Assembly: GCA_964594455.1 (NCBI GenBank)
Contig: CAZQLY010000007.1
Span: forward strand, 13,586 to 77,585
From: an uncultured Gammaproteobacteria bacterium
GTDB lineage: Bacteria; Patescibacteriota; Patescibacteriia; JAHIZJ01
Direction of reading: 5' to 3'
DNA: 64,000 bases
Shown in pieces: positions 9,924-20,590 of the stretch. The position numbers and the translations under genes were made by a program. Every line of letters starts with the position of its first letter. Within the stretch, counting starts at the first letter, position 1. The notes under the pieces were generated by a model. It did not search any database and was not told the DNA's origin. It was given only the letters and a program-made list of their open reading frames with translations.

Positions 9924-11057
9924 ATGAATAATTCAACTAACAAAATTAAGGTCGGTGTAATATTTGGTGGACGATCTGGTGAACACGAAGTTTCTTTAGT
10001 TTCTGCTCAGTCAGTTATCAAAACGCTGGATAGAAATAAATATGATGTGATTCCAATCGGCATTTCTAAACAGGGGCTGTGGCTAACTGGCAATGACGCT
10101 ATGAAGTATCTTAAGACTGGTCAAGGGGAAAATATCAGCCAAAATTTCATCTCTCCGGAACCTGATACCAAAGAAATAGTAAAAGTACTAAATAATAAGC
10201 CAAAGACTATACAGAAGCTATTAGACGTCGTTTTTCCCTTATTACACGGGCCCTATGGTGAAGATGGGGCAATCCAAGGCCTATTTGAACTATCTGATCT
10301 GCCATATGTTGGGGCCGGAGTTCTAGCCTCGGCCTGTGGAATGGATAAAGCGATAATGAAAGCTCTGTTTGAAAAGGCTGGATTACCAATTGGCAATTAT
10401 ATTTCATTTACTCATCATGAATGGTCTAAAAATATATCCTTTTATCAAAATGAGATTAAAGAAAAGATAAAATTCCCTTTATTCACAAAACCTGCAAATC
10501 TAGGTTCCAGCGTCGGCATTATGAAGTGCCATGATGAATCAGAATTGAAGTCAGGCGTAGAAGAAGCCTTTAAATTTGATCGAAAGGTGGTGATCGAGGA
10601 AAACATAGTCGGCCGAGAAATAGAATGTTCGGTTTTGGGTAATAATGAACCAAAAGCATCATTACCCGGAGAGGTTAAGCCTAAACGCGAATTTTATGAC
10701 TATGAGGCTAAATACGTAACAGGCGATTCAGACTTGATAATACCTGCCAAACTTACTGATCAGGAAGTCTCGGAAATACAAAAATTAGCTATTAAGACTT
10801 TTAAATCAATTGATTGTTCTGGCTTGGCCAGAGTCGATTTCTTTATTAAAGAGGATGGCCAAATTGTGGTTAATGAAATCAATACCATGCCGGGATTTAC
10901 TTCCATCAGTATGTATCCCAAACTTTGGGAAGTCTCAGGCCTGCCTTATGCTTCTTTATTAGATGAGCTTATTGAGCTGGCCTTAGAAAGGCATGAAGAA
11001 AAGAAAAAACTGAATAGCTCAATTAAGCTTGATAACGACTGGTACAATAAATCATGA
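9924..11057 (+). CDS. ddl: D-alanine--D-alanine ligase
   Basis: FGGRSGEHEVS, LHGPYGEDG, GSSVG, YDYEAKY, NEINTMPGFT. Confidence 0.97.
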   Translation: MNNSTNKIKVGVIFGGRSGEHEVSLVSAQSVIKTLDRNKYDVIPIGISKQGLWLTGNDAMKYLKTGQGENISQNFISPEPDTKEIVKVLNNKPKTIQKLLDVVFPLLHGPYGEDGAIQGLFELSDLPYVGAGVLASACGMDKAIMKALFEKAGLPIGNYISFTHHEWSKNISFYQNEIKEKIKFPLFTKPANLGSSVGIMKCHDESELKSGVEEAFKFDRKVVIEENIVGREIECSVLGNNEPKASLPGEVKPKREFYDYEAKYVTGDSDLIIPAKLTDQEVSEIQKLAIKTFKSIDCSGLARVDFFIKEDGQIVVNEINTMPGFTSISMYPKLWEVSGLPYASLLDELIELALERHEEKKKLNSSIKLDNDWYNKS

Positions 11058-12067
11058 GAGGCTTTTCCCAACAACCTAATCGAAGGTTTGTTGCCAAACA
11101 AATTAATTACCGAAATCCATATTTTCATCGGGAATCAAAGCATGAACGAAACCACCGTTTCAGGCGGTTATACACATTTATCTCTATTCTAGTGTTTGCG
11201 GGACTGGTTTATCTATTTATTTACTCAAATCTATTTAAAGTGTCATCGATTGAAGTTAATAGCCCAAGTACCGGTCGTTTGTCTTTTGTAAATAATATAG
11301 TCAATGAATACTTGGAGGAAAAATCTTTATTTATCTTCCCAAACGACAATTGGCTGTTTTTGTCATCAAATAATCTAAACGATTATCTCAAAGATAAAAT
11401 CGAGGAGGCGATATCAGTTGAGTATATAACAACAGAGAAGAAGGTATGGAATAAAGTAATTATAACTTTTGAAGAAAGAACAGCCACCGTTCTGCTTAAA
11501 GAAAATGATGATTATTACTATTTAGATAATCAGGGTGTGGTAGTAAGCCAATATGTCCCACTGGCCAGTGACTTGGCGCAAGAGGGGACAGAAGAAGGCG
11601 AAGAATATGAATCATTGCCAAATTTTCCGATCATTGAAGGGGAGACTCAATCATCCATTGAAATAGGTAAAAGCGTACTACCAGCAAAATTAGTCCAATC
11701 AGTTTTAGTTATTAATGATTTGTTTCCTGAGAGGATCGCTGACTTAGAAATTAAAAACTTCACCACTATTATCAGAGAATGCTACTTTGAAACTATTTCA
11801 GAAGAAGGGCCAACTGGGGACAACGATAACAATGATAATGATGAAGAAGAAATTAATTACGAAACAATTGAAATCTGTCCCCAAAATGATTTCTCTGAAT
11901 TTGGATTGATAACTAACAATGACCTGACAATCTACTTTACTACAAACCAGAGTGAAACAGATCAAATAAATAGCTTGTATCTATCACTTAATGAGGAATT
12001 AGAAACAAAAATAGATAATTTAAGTTATATTGACCTGCGCTATTTACCTAGAGTTTATTATAAATAA
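11054..12067 (+). CDS. ftsQ: FtsQ/DivIB-like cell division protein
   Basis: Basic N-terminal tail, one TM, POTRA-like region, C-terminal YIDLRY; directly follows ddl. Confidence 0.65.
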   Translation: MRGFSQQPNRRFVAKQINYRNPYFHRESKHERNHRFRRLYTFISILVFAGLVYLFIYSNLFKVSSIEVNSPSTGRLSFVNNIVNEYLEEKSLFIFPNDNWLFLSSNNLNDYLKDKIEEAISVEYITTEKKVWNKVIITFEERTATVLLKENDDYYYLDNQGVVVSQYVPLASDLAQEGTEEGEEYESLPNFPIIEGETQSSIEIGKSVLPAKLVQSVLVINDLFPERIADLEIKNFTTIIRECYFETISEEGPTGDNDNNDNDEEEINYETIEICPQNDFSEFGLITNNDLTIYFTTNQSETDQINSLYLSLNEELETKIDNLSYIDLRYLPRVYYK

Positions 12068-12070
12068 AGC

Positions 12071-13018
12071 ATGATTCTACTTTGGATTTTAATTCTTGTA
12101 GTTAGCTTACTGGCAATAGTAAAGGCCTCTGATTATTTTACAGATGCTAGCGAAAGGTTGGGACATATTTTGAAGCTGAATATGTTCTTTATCGGCATTA
12201 CAATTGTTGCCTTAGGTACTAGTTTGCCTGAGTTGGCCATTTCAATTCTGTCCGTAACCAATAATTCAAGCGAAATTGTCATTAGTAATGTTGTCGGATC
12301 CAATATATTCAACATCCTGATTATAGCTGGTGTGGCTTTTTTGCTGTCGAAGCATTTTGAGATAAAGAAAAAATGGAGTTATCTTTACCTGACCTTATCA
12401 GCAACATTCATAGTTATCACGTCTGTATTTTTTGGTGATCAGAAATTTTTATACTACGAAGGCATAGTTGGGATAGTGGTTTTTTGCGCTTATCTGATTT
12501 TTATCCAGGCGGTGAGAAAAGATAGGGATCTGCATGAGATATTTAACTTCCGTCGACCGCCATTATTTGCTGAAAGATCGCATGGCCATGGTCGGTCAAT
12601 GGGCGTGATCATAATCTCTCTGGTAGTAATATATTTTGGCGCTTGGGCTATTATTCAATCAATAATCAATATAGCTGATACATTAAACATAGAAAAAGCC
12701 ATCATTGCCGTAACAGCGGTTGCTATAGGTACTTCTTTGCCAGAATTGCTGGTAACTTTCTCAGCGGTCAAGAAAAAAAGCTATGATTTGATTGTTGGAA
12801 ATATTGCAGGCTCCAACATGATAAACGCTTTTTTAGTCTTGGGAGTGCCTTCGTTGATAAAACCGCTAAATATACCATTTTCCATCATAGAGATAGGAAT
12901 GCCTTTTTTACTGTATTCTACGCTTCTAATCGCCATTTTTGGCCTTCTAGGCTATACAAAGAGGTGGCTAGGACTCGTATTCCTCATAACCTATATGTTA
13001 TTTATACTTATTATATAA
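12071..13018 (+). CDS. Na+/Ca2+ antiporter (CaCA/YrbG family)
   Basis: Duplicated GTSLPE and GSN alpha-repeats, about 10 TM. Confidence 0.93.
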   Translation: MILLWILILVVSLLAIVKASDYFTDASERLGHILKLNMFFIGITIVALGTSLPELAISILSVTNNSSEIVISNVVGSNIFNILIIAGVAFLLSKHFEIKKKWSYLYLTLSATFIVITSVFFGDQKFLYYEGIVGIVVFCAYLIFIQAVRKDRDLHEIFNFRRPPLFAERSHGHGRSMGVIIISLVVIYFGAWAIIQSIINIADTLNIEKAIIAVTAVAIGTSLPELLVTFSAVKKKSYDLIVGNIAGSNMINAFLVLGVPSLIKPLNIPFSIIEIGMPFLLYSTLLIAIFGLLGYTKRWLGLVFLITYMLFILII

Positions 13019-13023
13019 ATATA

Positions 13024-13102
13024 GCTTCGCAAATTGTATATTGTGCGAAGCATTAACAATCCTCCCCTTTAGTAAAACAGGCTACTTATCAAGCCTGCTT
13101 TT
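13024..13102. terminator. Two hairpins between convergent genes (probable terminators)
   Basis: gcttcgca...tgcgaagc (13024-13051) and aaaacaggct...agcctgctttt (13074-13102). Confidence 0.55.
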
Positions 13103-13110
13103 ATTTCGTT

Positions 13111-14439
13111 CTATGGTAGATAATCTAACGGGTTGACTGGTATACCATCCAATCTGACTTCAAAATGCAAATGCGGACCAGTAGTTAATCTGCCTGCTCC
13201 AGGAGTACCCGGCATGCCACCGCTTAGTCCAATAACCTGTCCACGAGTCACATAAGACTCTTCTTCGACTTTTATATCACTAATATGTCCGTAGACTGTA
13301 GATAGTCCATTAGCATGGATAATCATAATATAGCTGTATCCCAGTCCAGCATCTTTAGCTCTGGCTACATATCCCGAGGCAGCAGCTTTAACCGGTGTCC
13401 CCTGCGCTGCTCGAAGATCTATGGCTGGATGTTCAAACAAGTGTCGGAAAATATAAGCAGGGTCATGGAAATAGGCTGTGATACCTCCAGCCGGGCTTAC
13501 AGGCCAGGATAAAGTTTTAGAGTCATCAATTGAAAGCAGGTCTTCACCTTCGAGTTGTTTCCTGATTGTCTCTTCAATAAGTGTTATTTCTGAATTAACA
13601 CTCATCTGCTCACTCTTAACAGCACTGAGCAGTTCTTGATATTGGCTTTCGCTATTCAATACATCTTGGAGCAATTGTTCTTTGTAGTCCTGCTGCCCAA
13701 GAAGTTCCTGCTGTTCAGCTTCTAGAGTTGTTTTTTTGTCGTTTAAATCAGATTCTTTGGTCTCTAATTCAGCGTTTATAACTTGCAAATCTATTTTGAG
13801 TTGAGTTACTTCATCAAGGGAACCTTTCAAACCGTGTTCTAAATCCTCAAGGTAATTCATCTGACTATAGAAGTTGGAGAATTTGTTTTCCTGTAAAAGA
13901 ATTTCAAAAAGATTTTTATCTTGATAGGTGTTAATCTGCCTGATGAGTTCAGCCAAGCGTACTTTTTGATCAACTATTTGCTCTTCTCTTTCTGAGATCT
14001 TTCTAGTCACTTCTTTAATTTGTAATCTCAATGTTTCAATCTCTGTTTCTGTTATTTGAATCTCAACCTCAGTCTTGTTTATCTGGTCATCTAATGATTC
14101 TACTTGGGTTTCCAGCGTTATTGACTCTTGCTGCTTAATAGCAATATTTTTTCGATATGTTTCGTGTTTGGCATTTAATTCATCTAGTCTTTGTTTACGT
14201 TCTTGAATTTGTAAATTAAGCTCCAACATAGCTTCATCAGTAACTTCCTCATCTTCGGTATTTTCCTCTTCAGTATTTGTCGTATCCCCTGTATCGTTGT
14301 TGTCCTCAACAGCTGTGTCAGTATTAGTGTTGTCAGTTTCAGCTAAGGTTATCGGAGTGTAAGCCAATACAATAAAAGCAATAACCATGCTTGTTATTGC
14401 TCGGAAAAAGATAGTATTGGTTTTATTCTTGTTTTTCAT
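13111..14439 (-). CDS. Coiled-coil M23 peptidase (EnvC/MepM-like murein hydrolase)
   Basis: Signal/TM, acidic linker, long coiled coil, M23 motifs HPAID, YGH, TGPHLHFE. Start placed at ATG 14439 (MKNKNK). Confidence 0.9.
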   Translation of the reverse strand: MKNKNKTNTIFFRAITSMVIAFIVLAYTPITLAETDNTNTDTAVEDNNDTGDTTNTEEENTEDEEVTDEAMLELNLQIQERKQRLDELNAKHETYRKNIAIKQQESITLETQVESLDDQINKTEVEIQITETEIETLRLQIKEVTRKISEREEQIVDQKVRLAELIRQINTYQDKNLFEILLQENKFSNFYSQMNYLEDLEHGLKGSLDEVTQLKIDLQVINAELETKESDLNDKKTTLEAEQQELLGQQDYKEQLLQDVLNSESQYQELLSAVKSEQMSVNSEITLIEETIRKQLEGEDLLSIDDSKTLSWPVSPAGGITAYFHDPAYIFRHLFEHPAIDLRAAQGTPVKAAASGYVARAKDAGLGYSYIMIIHANGLSTVYGHISDIKVEEESYVTRGQVIGLSGGMPGTPGAGRLTTGPHLHFEVRLDGIPVNPLDYLP

Positions 14440-14502
14440 ACGAATATTCGCAGTAAATGTTATTCTACCAAAAAAAAAGCTTTTTGGCAAATTTATTATT
14501 CC

Positions 14503-15954
14503 TTAGCTAAGCTTTTTGATAGCGATTTCTATCCGGTTGATGGTTTCTTCTTTTCCTAGAACGTCAGCAATATCAAACACATCTGGTGAGGCTTTTTTAC
14601 CCGAGAGAGAGACTCTGAGGGACCAAAGCATTTCTCCAGTCTTGAGCGAATTGTCTTTTATGTAATCAAAAAATATTTTTTTTAATTGTTCAGCATTGAA
14701 ATCATCATCACTGACATTCCGTATAAGTTCCAATGACTGCTTTAAATGTTGAATTGATTTTTCTTTGTCGCCTTTTTTGGGAATTAGAAATTCGCCATCA
14801 TAATCCAGATGTTTAAACAAGAAAGCGGCCAACTCACCCACTTCATTCAAAGTAACTAATCGTTCTCTGAATAAGTTGGTCACCCTCTGCAGTTTTTTCA
14901 TATCTTCTGTTGGAATCCCGGCTTGATTGTAAAACGGCAAACATTTCTCAGTGAGCTCTTCTAAACTTAGTTGTCGGATATAGTAGCCATTTAAATAATT
15001 CAAACGCTCCAGGTTAAAAACCGCGCCCGCTTTATTTACCTTGGCAAACGAAAACTCTTTGATTAATTCATTAAGGGTAAAAATTTCTTTCTCGTTTTTT
15101 GGATTCCAGCCCAGCATTACTATGAAATTTAAAACCGCCTCAGACAAATAACCTTGGTCTCGATACTCTAAGGCTGAAATAGCCCCATCACGTTTGCTTA
15201 ATTTACCTCCTTTGGGACTCAAGATTAGCGGTAAGTGCGCCATCTCTGGGATGTCCCAGCCAAACGCTTGATATAACCAAATGTGTTTCGGCGCGCTAGG
15301 CAGCCATTCCTCAGCTCTTATGACGTGGCTAATTTCCATTAGATGGTCGTCAATCACATTAGCCAGCTGATAAGTTGGGTAGCCATCAGTCTTCATTAAG
15401 ATGGCATCATCAAGATTTACAAATGAAAACTCGACCCGTCCCCTGATCAGGTCGTTAATTACAATAGTCCCCTGCCCCGGTAGTTTCATCCGGACCACAT
15501 GGGGCTCACCATTGGCCACTCTTTTGGCAGCTTCATCTTTTGGTATCTCCCGACACTGTTGGTCATAGCGCGGTGCAATCTTTTGAGCTTGCTGTATCTT
15601 TCTTACTTTTTCCAACCTCTCTGGCTGGCAAAAGCAATAGTAGGCTTTATCTTTTTCTATTAACTCTTCAATATTTTTTTTATAAATATCTAAACGCTGA
15701 GACTGGTAATAGGGGCCATATTTGCCCTCTTTTTCCGGGCCTTCGTCATAATCCAAGCCATACCAATTTAAAGCCTCAATGATATTTTTAACACTGCCTT
15801 CTACCAACCTGGTCTGATCAGTGTCCTCAATACGCAAAACAAAATCTCCTTGGTTTTGCCTAGCAAATAACCAACTAAACAAAGCAGTTCTTAAGCCCCC
15901 GATATGGAGGAAACCCGTGGGACTGGGGGCAAATCTGACTCGCACTTTTTTCAT
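14503..15954 (-). CDS. gltX: Glutamate--tRNA ligase
   Basis: RFAPSPTGFLHIG, RIEDTD, KLSKR. Confidence 0.97.
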   Translation of the reverse strand: MKKVRVRFAPSPTGFLHIGGLRTALFSWLFARQNQGDFVLRIEDTDQTRLVEGSVKNIIEALNWYGLDYDEGPEKEGKYGPYYQSQRLDIYKKNIEELIEKDKAYYCFCQPERLEKVRKIQQAQKIAPRYDQQCREIPKDEAAKRVANGEPHVVRMKLPGQGTIVINDLIRGRVEFSFVNLDDAILMKTDGYPTYQLANVIDDHLMEISHVIRAEEWLPSAPKHIWLYQAFGWDIPEMAHLPLILSPKGGKLSKRDGAISALEYRDQGYLSEAVLNFIVMLGWNPKNEKEIFTLNELIKEFSFAKVNKAGAVFNLERLNYLNGYYIRQLSLEELTEKCLPFYNQAGIPTEDMKKLQRVTNLFRERLVTLNEVGELAAFLFKHLDYDGEFLIPKKGDKEKSIQHLKQSLELIRNVSDDDFNAEQLKKIFFDYIKDNSLKTGEMLWSLRVSLSGKKASPDVFDIADVLGKEETINRIEIAIKKLS

Positions 15955-15956
15955 AT

Positions 15957-16871
15957 TTATAGCCAGTTCCTTTTACGCAAAATAAATATGCTTCCAATCA
16001 CAACACTTAGAATCAATACTCCCATAATGGCAACTCCCCAGAGGTTTTCAGTAAACGGCAATCCATCTATATTCATTCCATAAATCCCTGTCAACAAAGT
16101 TAAAGGAAGCAAAGCCACAGAAATTATTGTCAGGGTTTTCATAACATTGTTAATGCGCTGAGACAGCAAGAAGTCATTGGTTATAGTAACCCCTTCAATG
16201 CTGTCTCGGAAATTATCCAGCAATATGCAGGCTCGATCCAGAAAGTCTTGTATATCGTCAAAATAGACATTAAGTATTTCCGGCAAAAATCTTTTTTTAG
16301 TGTTCATGATTCTGGAAATCAGCGGCCTTTGCGGGTCAAGTATTCTTCTTAAATTAAGTACGTTCCTTCTTATGATAGCTATGTCATAAGCCGTCTTTTT
16401 TGGCTGTTCATTGTATACGCTTTCCTCCACCTGAAAAACGCTGTTTCCAAACTTAGTTAAAATAGGTGTAGTTTGTCTAAATACGTGATCTAATATTTTA
16501 TAAAGCTGAAATCCTGATGTGAGCTTTGTGGTCTTCTTTAATTTCTTTTGCTGTTTAAATTTTTCAAATATTTGCTTGATCGGCTCATATCCTTTATCTA
16601 TCACTGTGATTATCAAATCGTCTTTCAGGAACACGCCAGTTTCTACAAAATTTATTCTTTTATCCTTTTCGTTGTAATAAGGAAAATGAAAAACTAAAAA
16701 AACATAACTCCGATAAATATCTATTTTCGGACGGTGTCTATTTCCAGGATTCAAGTCTTGAATGTCTAAAGGATGAAAACCGAATTTTTTTAAAAATTCA
16801 ATATCATCATTATTGACGTTATCAATTGAGATCCAGGTTAGATTTTGCCTTTCAGCGATGTTTCTTGCCAT
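15957..16871 (-). CDS. corA: CorA family Mg2+/Co2+ transporter
   Basis: GIYGMN signature with two C-terminal TMs. Confidence 0.92.
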   Translation of the reverse strand: MARNIAERQNLTWISIDNVNNDDIEFLKKFGFHPLDIQDLNPGNRHRPKIDIYRSYVFLVFHFPYYNEKDKRINFVETGVFLKDDLIITVIDKGYEPIKQIFEKFKQQKKLKKTTKLTSGFQLYKILDHVFRQTTPILTKFGNSVFQVEESVYNEQPKKTAYDIAIIRRNVLNLRRILDPQRPLISRIMNTKKRFLPEILNVYFDDIQDFLDRACILLDNFRDSIEGVTITNDFLLSQRINNVMKTLTIISVALLPLTLLTGIYGMNIDGLPFTENLWGVAIMGVLILSVVIGSIFILRKRNWL

Positions 16872-17604
16872 GACTCCGGTAGATTAACACGTTTATTGGA
16901 AAAATAACAGTTGCATTGATTATTCGTTTCCAGCGCCAAGGTTCGCGATAAAGCCGATACAGCCATTCCAGGCCCAGGCTTCTTATTTTAGCCGGGGCGC
17001 GTTTTACTTTGCCGGACAAATAATCAAATGTCCCACCTACCCCAACAGCTATTTTTACTGTTTCTAATTTGGGTATATTATAGTAAATCCATTTTTCCTG
17101 CTTGGGTGCGCCAAAAGCGACAAACAGAATATCTGGTTTTTTCTTGTTAATTTTCTTAACCACCTTTTCGTCTTTCATCTTCCCAAATATGCTAAATTCA
17201 TTTTCTGCGCCGACTATCTTCAGATTAGGAAACATTCTTTTGGCGTTTTGGGCTGCTTTCATGGCAACTTCGTTTGAGGCGCCCAGGAAATAAACTTTTT
17301 TATGTTTCTCTTCGGCGATTGCGCACAGTTCTCTGACTAGCTCCACTCCGGTTATTCTTTGTTTCAATTTGTGTCCCAAAAAAACGCTGGAAATTTTTAA
17401 ACCAATACCGTCCGGGATGGAAAGCGAAGCCTTGTTTAATATCGTACGGAATTCTTTATCCTTCTGGGCCGTAACGCAAAATTCCGGATTAGGTGTTACG
17501 ATCTGGTTTTGATCGTCAGATTTCAAATACTCTTTCAGCTTGTTCTGAAGTTCTTCTAAATTCAGGCTATTAATTTTTACTCCTAAGATCTCCGTACTAT
17601 CCAT
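16852..17604 (-). CDS. WecG/TagA/CpsF family glycosyltransferase (GT26)
   Basis: TPNPE, PDGIG, FGAPKQEKW, GVGGTFD, GLEWLYRL. Confidence 0.93.
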   Translation of the reverse strand: MDSTEILGVKINSLNLEELQNKLKEYLKSDDQNQIVTPNPEFCVTAQKDKEFRTILNKASLSIPDGIGLKISSVFLGHKLKQRITGVELVRELCAIAEEKHKKVYFLGASNEVAMKAAQNAKRMFPNLKIVGAENEFSIFGKMKDEKVVKKINKKKPDILFVAFGAPKQEKWIYYNIPKLETVKIAVGVGGTFDYLSGKVKRAPAKIRSLGLEWLYRLYREPWRWKRIINATVIFPINVLIYRSHGKKHR

Positions 17605-18154
17605 TTTTGAAACTAAATGATTCTATGATGGAATATTTAGACCCGTAGCTTAATAACTCGCTTTTCATCAAATCAACTTTTTCGTTCATATATTTAACGT
17701 TTAAATTAACGGGTTCCAATCTTAACACGTTCTTGTGAAGAATTCTACCCAAAGTGATATGAGGTTGAAAACGTTTGAAACCTGTCTCGACGATTCTGCG
17801 CTCTTTGATTTTATTTGAAATTTCCAGATACAATTTTGTGAGCGGTTCAGAAGAGCTTACGGTGGCACCAATAATCCTGGGATGATTTTCCGTGAACATG
17901 GTTTCAATGCTTTCTATTTCAATCTCCAATGGTCTAGTACTATCAGAAACGGATTGCAGAATTTCTTTTAGCTGAGCCACTCGATCCATATTTATATTTC
18001 CCAGGAACGACAATGTAATGTGCCATTTATGCTTTTCCGTCCATCTTACCTCTGCATATTCATTTCTCAATTTCTGCAAGTTATCATCCAATTCAGAAAT
18101 TACATCCTGAGGCAGCGGTATAGCAATAAATGCTCGTATAGTATTTTGCTCCAT
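17597..18154 (-). CDS. thpR: RNA 2',3'-cyclic phosphodiesterase (2H family)
   Basis: RAFIAI start and two HITL motifs. Confidence 0.9.
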   Translation of the reverse strand: MEQNTIRAFIAIPLPQDVISELDDNLQKLRNEYAEVRWTEKHKWHITLSFLGNINMDRVAQLKEILQSVSDSTRPLEIEIESIETMFTENHPRIIGATVSSSEPLTKLYLEISNKIKERRIVETGFKRFQPHITLGRILHKNVLRLEPVNLNVKYMNEKVDLMKSELLSYGSKYSIIESFSFKNG

Positions 18155-18211
18155 TTTTGTGTATATTATTAGTTGAATTATACCATAAAATAAGCTATAA
18201 TCTAATACACG

Positions 18212-19228
18212 ATGAGAGAAGCAATTCTCTATAAAAAACTAGCAAATGACGTTGTAGAATGCTCTGTTTGTACACATCGTTGCAAGATATCCGATGGACA
18301 AAGAGGTATCTGTTCGGTCCGGAAAAATCGCCAAGGAACGCTCTACGCCCTGAACTATCAAAAGGCTATTTCTGAGGCCATTGATCCCATAGAAAAAAAA
18401 CCTTTTTTTCATTTTTCACCTGGCTCGTACGCTCTTTCTGTTGCCACCCTGGGATGCAACTTTCGTTGCGACAATTGTCAGAACTGGCAAATCTCACAGG
18501 GCTCAAAAATAAGTCCGGAGATTATCGGTGAAGAAATATCACCCAAGGATGTTGTTAGCCATGCTATAGCCCACAAATGCTCAAGCATTGCTTACACCTA
18601 TACCGAACCAACCATTTTTATAGAATACGCCCTGGACACCATGAAGCTCGCAACTGAACGCGGCCTGAAGAACGTCTGGGTCTCAAACGGATTCATGACT
18701 GCTGAAACCCTCAAGACCATTAAGCCATACCTTAACGCTATCAATATTGATCTGAAATATTTCGACAATAAAAAATATTTGAAATATTGCGGCGGACGCT
18801 TACAGCCCATCTTGGATAACATTGTCGCCTTGAAAAAAATGGGCGCCTGGGTAGAGATAACAACTCTCGCTATCCCCTCTTTAAGTGATGATGAAAAAAC
18901 TTTTACAGATATTGCTAAGTTCATTAACGACAAAGTTGGTTCGGATACTCCTTGGCACGTCTCGAAATTTGCCCCAGAGATATCCTTCAAGATGAATGAG
19001 TTCAGTGCTACCGAAATCTCTGCTCTGGAAAAAGCCGCCGCTATCGGAAAGAAAGTGGGGTTGAAATATATCTACATCGGTAACGTTCCTAATCACAAAT
19101 TAGAAAACACCTTTTGTCCCGAATGTAATAACATGGTCATTGAACGGTTGGGCTATCAAGTTGTGCGACGAGATGATAACGGGACTTGCCCAAATTGCCA
19201 AACAAAATTATCAATAATAACAAACTAA
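18212..19228 (+). CDS. amrS: AmmeMemoRadiSam radical SAM enzyme
   Basis: CxxCxxxC N-terminus, DPIEKKP, GCNFRCDNCQNWQIS, YTYTEP, C-terminal zinc ribbon. Confidence 0.93.
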   Translation: MREAILYKKLANDVVECSVCTHRCKISDGQRGICSVRKNRQGTLYALNYQKAISEAIDPIEKKPFFHFSPGSYALSVATLGCNFRCDNCQNWQISQGSKISPEIIGEEISPKDVVSHAIAHKCSSIAYTYTEPTIFIEYALDTMKLATERGLKNVWVSNGFMTAETLKTIKPYLNAINIDLKYFDNKKYLKYCGGRLQPILDNIVALKKMGAWVEITTLAIPSLSDDEKTFTDIAKFINDKVGSDTPWHVSKFAPEISFKMNEFSATEISALEKAAAIGKKVGLKYIYIGNVPNHKLENTFCPECNNMVIERLGYQVVRRDDNGTCPNCQTKLSIITN

Positions 19229-19243
19229 GGAGATATAAAAATC

Positions 19244-20587
19244 ATGAAATTCGTCAGTCTATTAACACTCATTGCTCTGCTAGTACCTTATTCAGTTTTG
19301 GCTGTTGAATTTAATCCCAACAATATCATTTCCACGGAGCAGCTAATAGATTACCGGTCTATGTCTAAAACCCGCATCCAGTCATTTCTGGAAAAGCAGA
19401 ACGGCACTCTTAAAGACTACAACTATAACGTATACGGTGTAGCCAAGCCTGCGTCAGACATAATATATGATGCAGCGCAGTTTTACCAAATTAACCCCAA
19501 ATACCTATTGGTCCTCTTGCAAAAAGAGCAGAGTCTAATCAGCGATCCAGATCCTACCGAGGGTCAGTATGATTGGGCTACTGGCTATGCTGTCTGCGAC
19601 AGTTGTAGTAAGAGTGATCCCGCCATTCAAAAATACCGTGGCTTCTTCAATCAAGTAAACTGGGCGGCCAGAAGAAATCGCCAATACATTGACGAAGCCG
19701 GGCGGTGGCATTACAAAGTCGGTGGAACTTATAATATTGATGGTATCTCAGTAACTATGGAGAATCAGGCCACAGTTAATCTCTATACTTATACGCCACA
19801 TATTCATGGAAACCAGAATTTCCACCGGTTGTGGTACAGCTGGTTTAATACTCAATATCCAGATGGAAGTTTACTTCAGGCCGAAGGACAACCCGGTGTT
19901 TATCTAATCAAAAACGGAAAAAAACGCGCCTTCTGGTCTCAATCAGCATTCCTAGCCAGCTACAATAAGAGAAATATTATTACTGTAACCCAAGGTGAAT
20001 TAGATGCTTATGATGATGGTGTACCGATAAAATTTGCTGAGTATAGTCTTCTCCGAGGACCCGACGACAACGTTTACCTAATATCGAACAATAAAAAGAG
20101 ACTGATTGAATCTGACGAGGTTTTTAGACAAATCGGCTTCAATCCTGAAGAAGTAATTGACGTAGAAGATGTAGACATTGATAGTTATTCAAACGGAGAA
20201 CCAATAACAATCAATAGCACTTACCCAACCGGGATTCTAATGCAGTCAAAACAGACCGGTGGAGTTTCTTTTGTCCAAAATGGAGTCAGACATTCTATCT
20301 GGTCAAAAGAAATATTATTGTCACAGTTTCCCAATAGCCGGTTAACAATCATGGAGGAATCAGAAATAAACCAATATGCCAAAGGAGGCCCGGTACTCTT
20401 TCGCGATGGTGAATTGATAACTTCCCCCGGCACCAGCTCGGTCTACGTTATCTCTAACGGCCAGAGGCGCCGCATAACCTCCGCCGAAGTATTTAACGCT
20501 CTGGGCTTCAAGTGGAACAATATCATCTACACAAACGATAACGCGCTCGAAATCCACCCATTGGGCGAACCATTAACCCTAGACTAA
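19244..20587 (+). CDS. Secreted protein: hemagglutinin-related/lysozyme-like N-domain plus four ~60-aa beta repeats
   Basis: Signal peptide; INPKYLLVLLQKEQSLI and NQATVNLYTYTPH; repeats of the GSLL...VYLI.NG.KR type. Confidence 0.6.
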   Translation: MKFVSLLTLIALLVPYSVLAVEFNPNNIISTEQLIDYRSMSKTRIQSFLEKQNGTLKDYNYNVYGVAKPASDIIYDAAQFYQINPKYLLVLLQKEQSLISDPDPTEGQYDWATGYAVCDSCSKSDPAIQKYRGFFNQVNWAARRNRQYIDEAGRWHYKVGGTYNIDGISVTMENQATVNLYTYTPHIHGNQNFHRLWYSWFNTQYPDGSLLQAEGQPGVYLIKNGKKRAFWSQSAFLASYNKRNIITVTQGELDAYDDGVPIKFAEYSLLRGPDDNVYLISNNKKRLIESDEVFRQIGFNPEEVIDVEDVDIDSYSNGEPITINSTYPTGILMQSKQTGGVSFVQNGVRHSIWSKEILLSQFPNSRLTIMEESEINQYAKGGPVLFRDGELITSPGTSSVYVISNGQRRRITSAEVFNALGFKWNNIIYTNDNALEIHPLGEPLTLD

Positions 20588-20590
20588 ATA

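Noticed and set aside
14440-14490. N-terminal extension of the M23 ORF across a homopolymer run as phase variation
   Set aside because: The likely start is ATG 14439, so the run is in AT-rich non-coding leader sequence.
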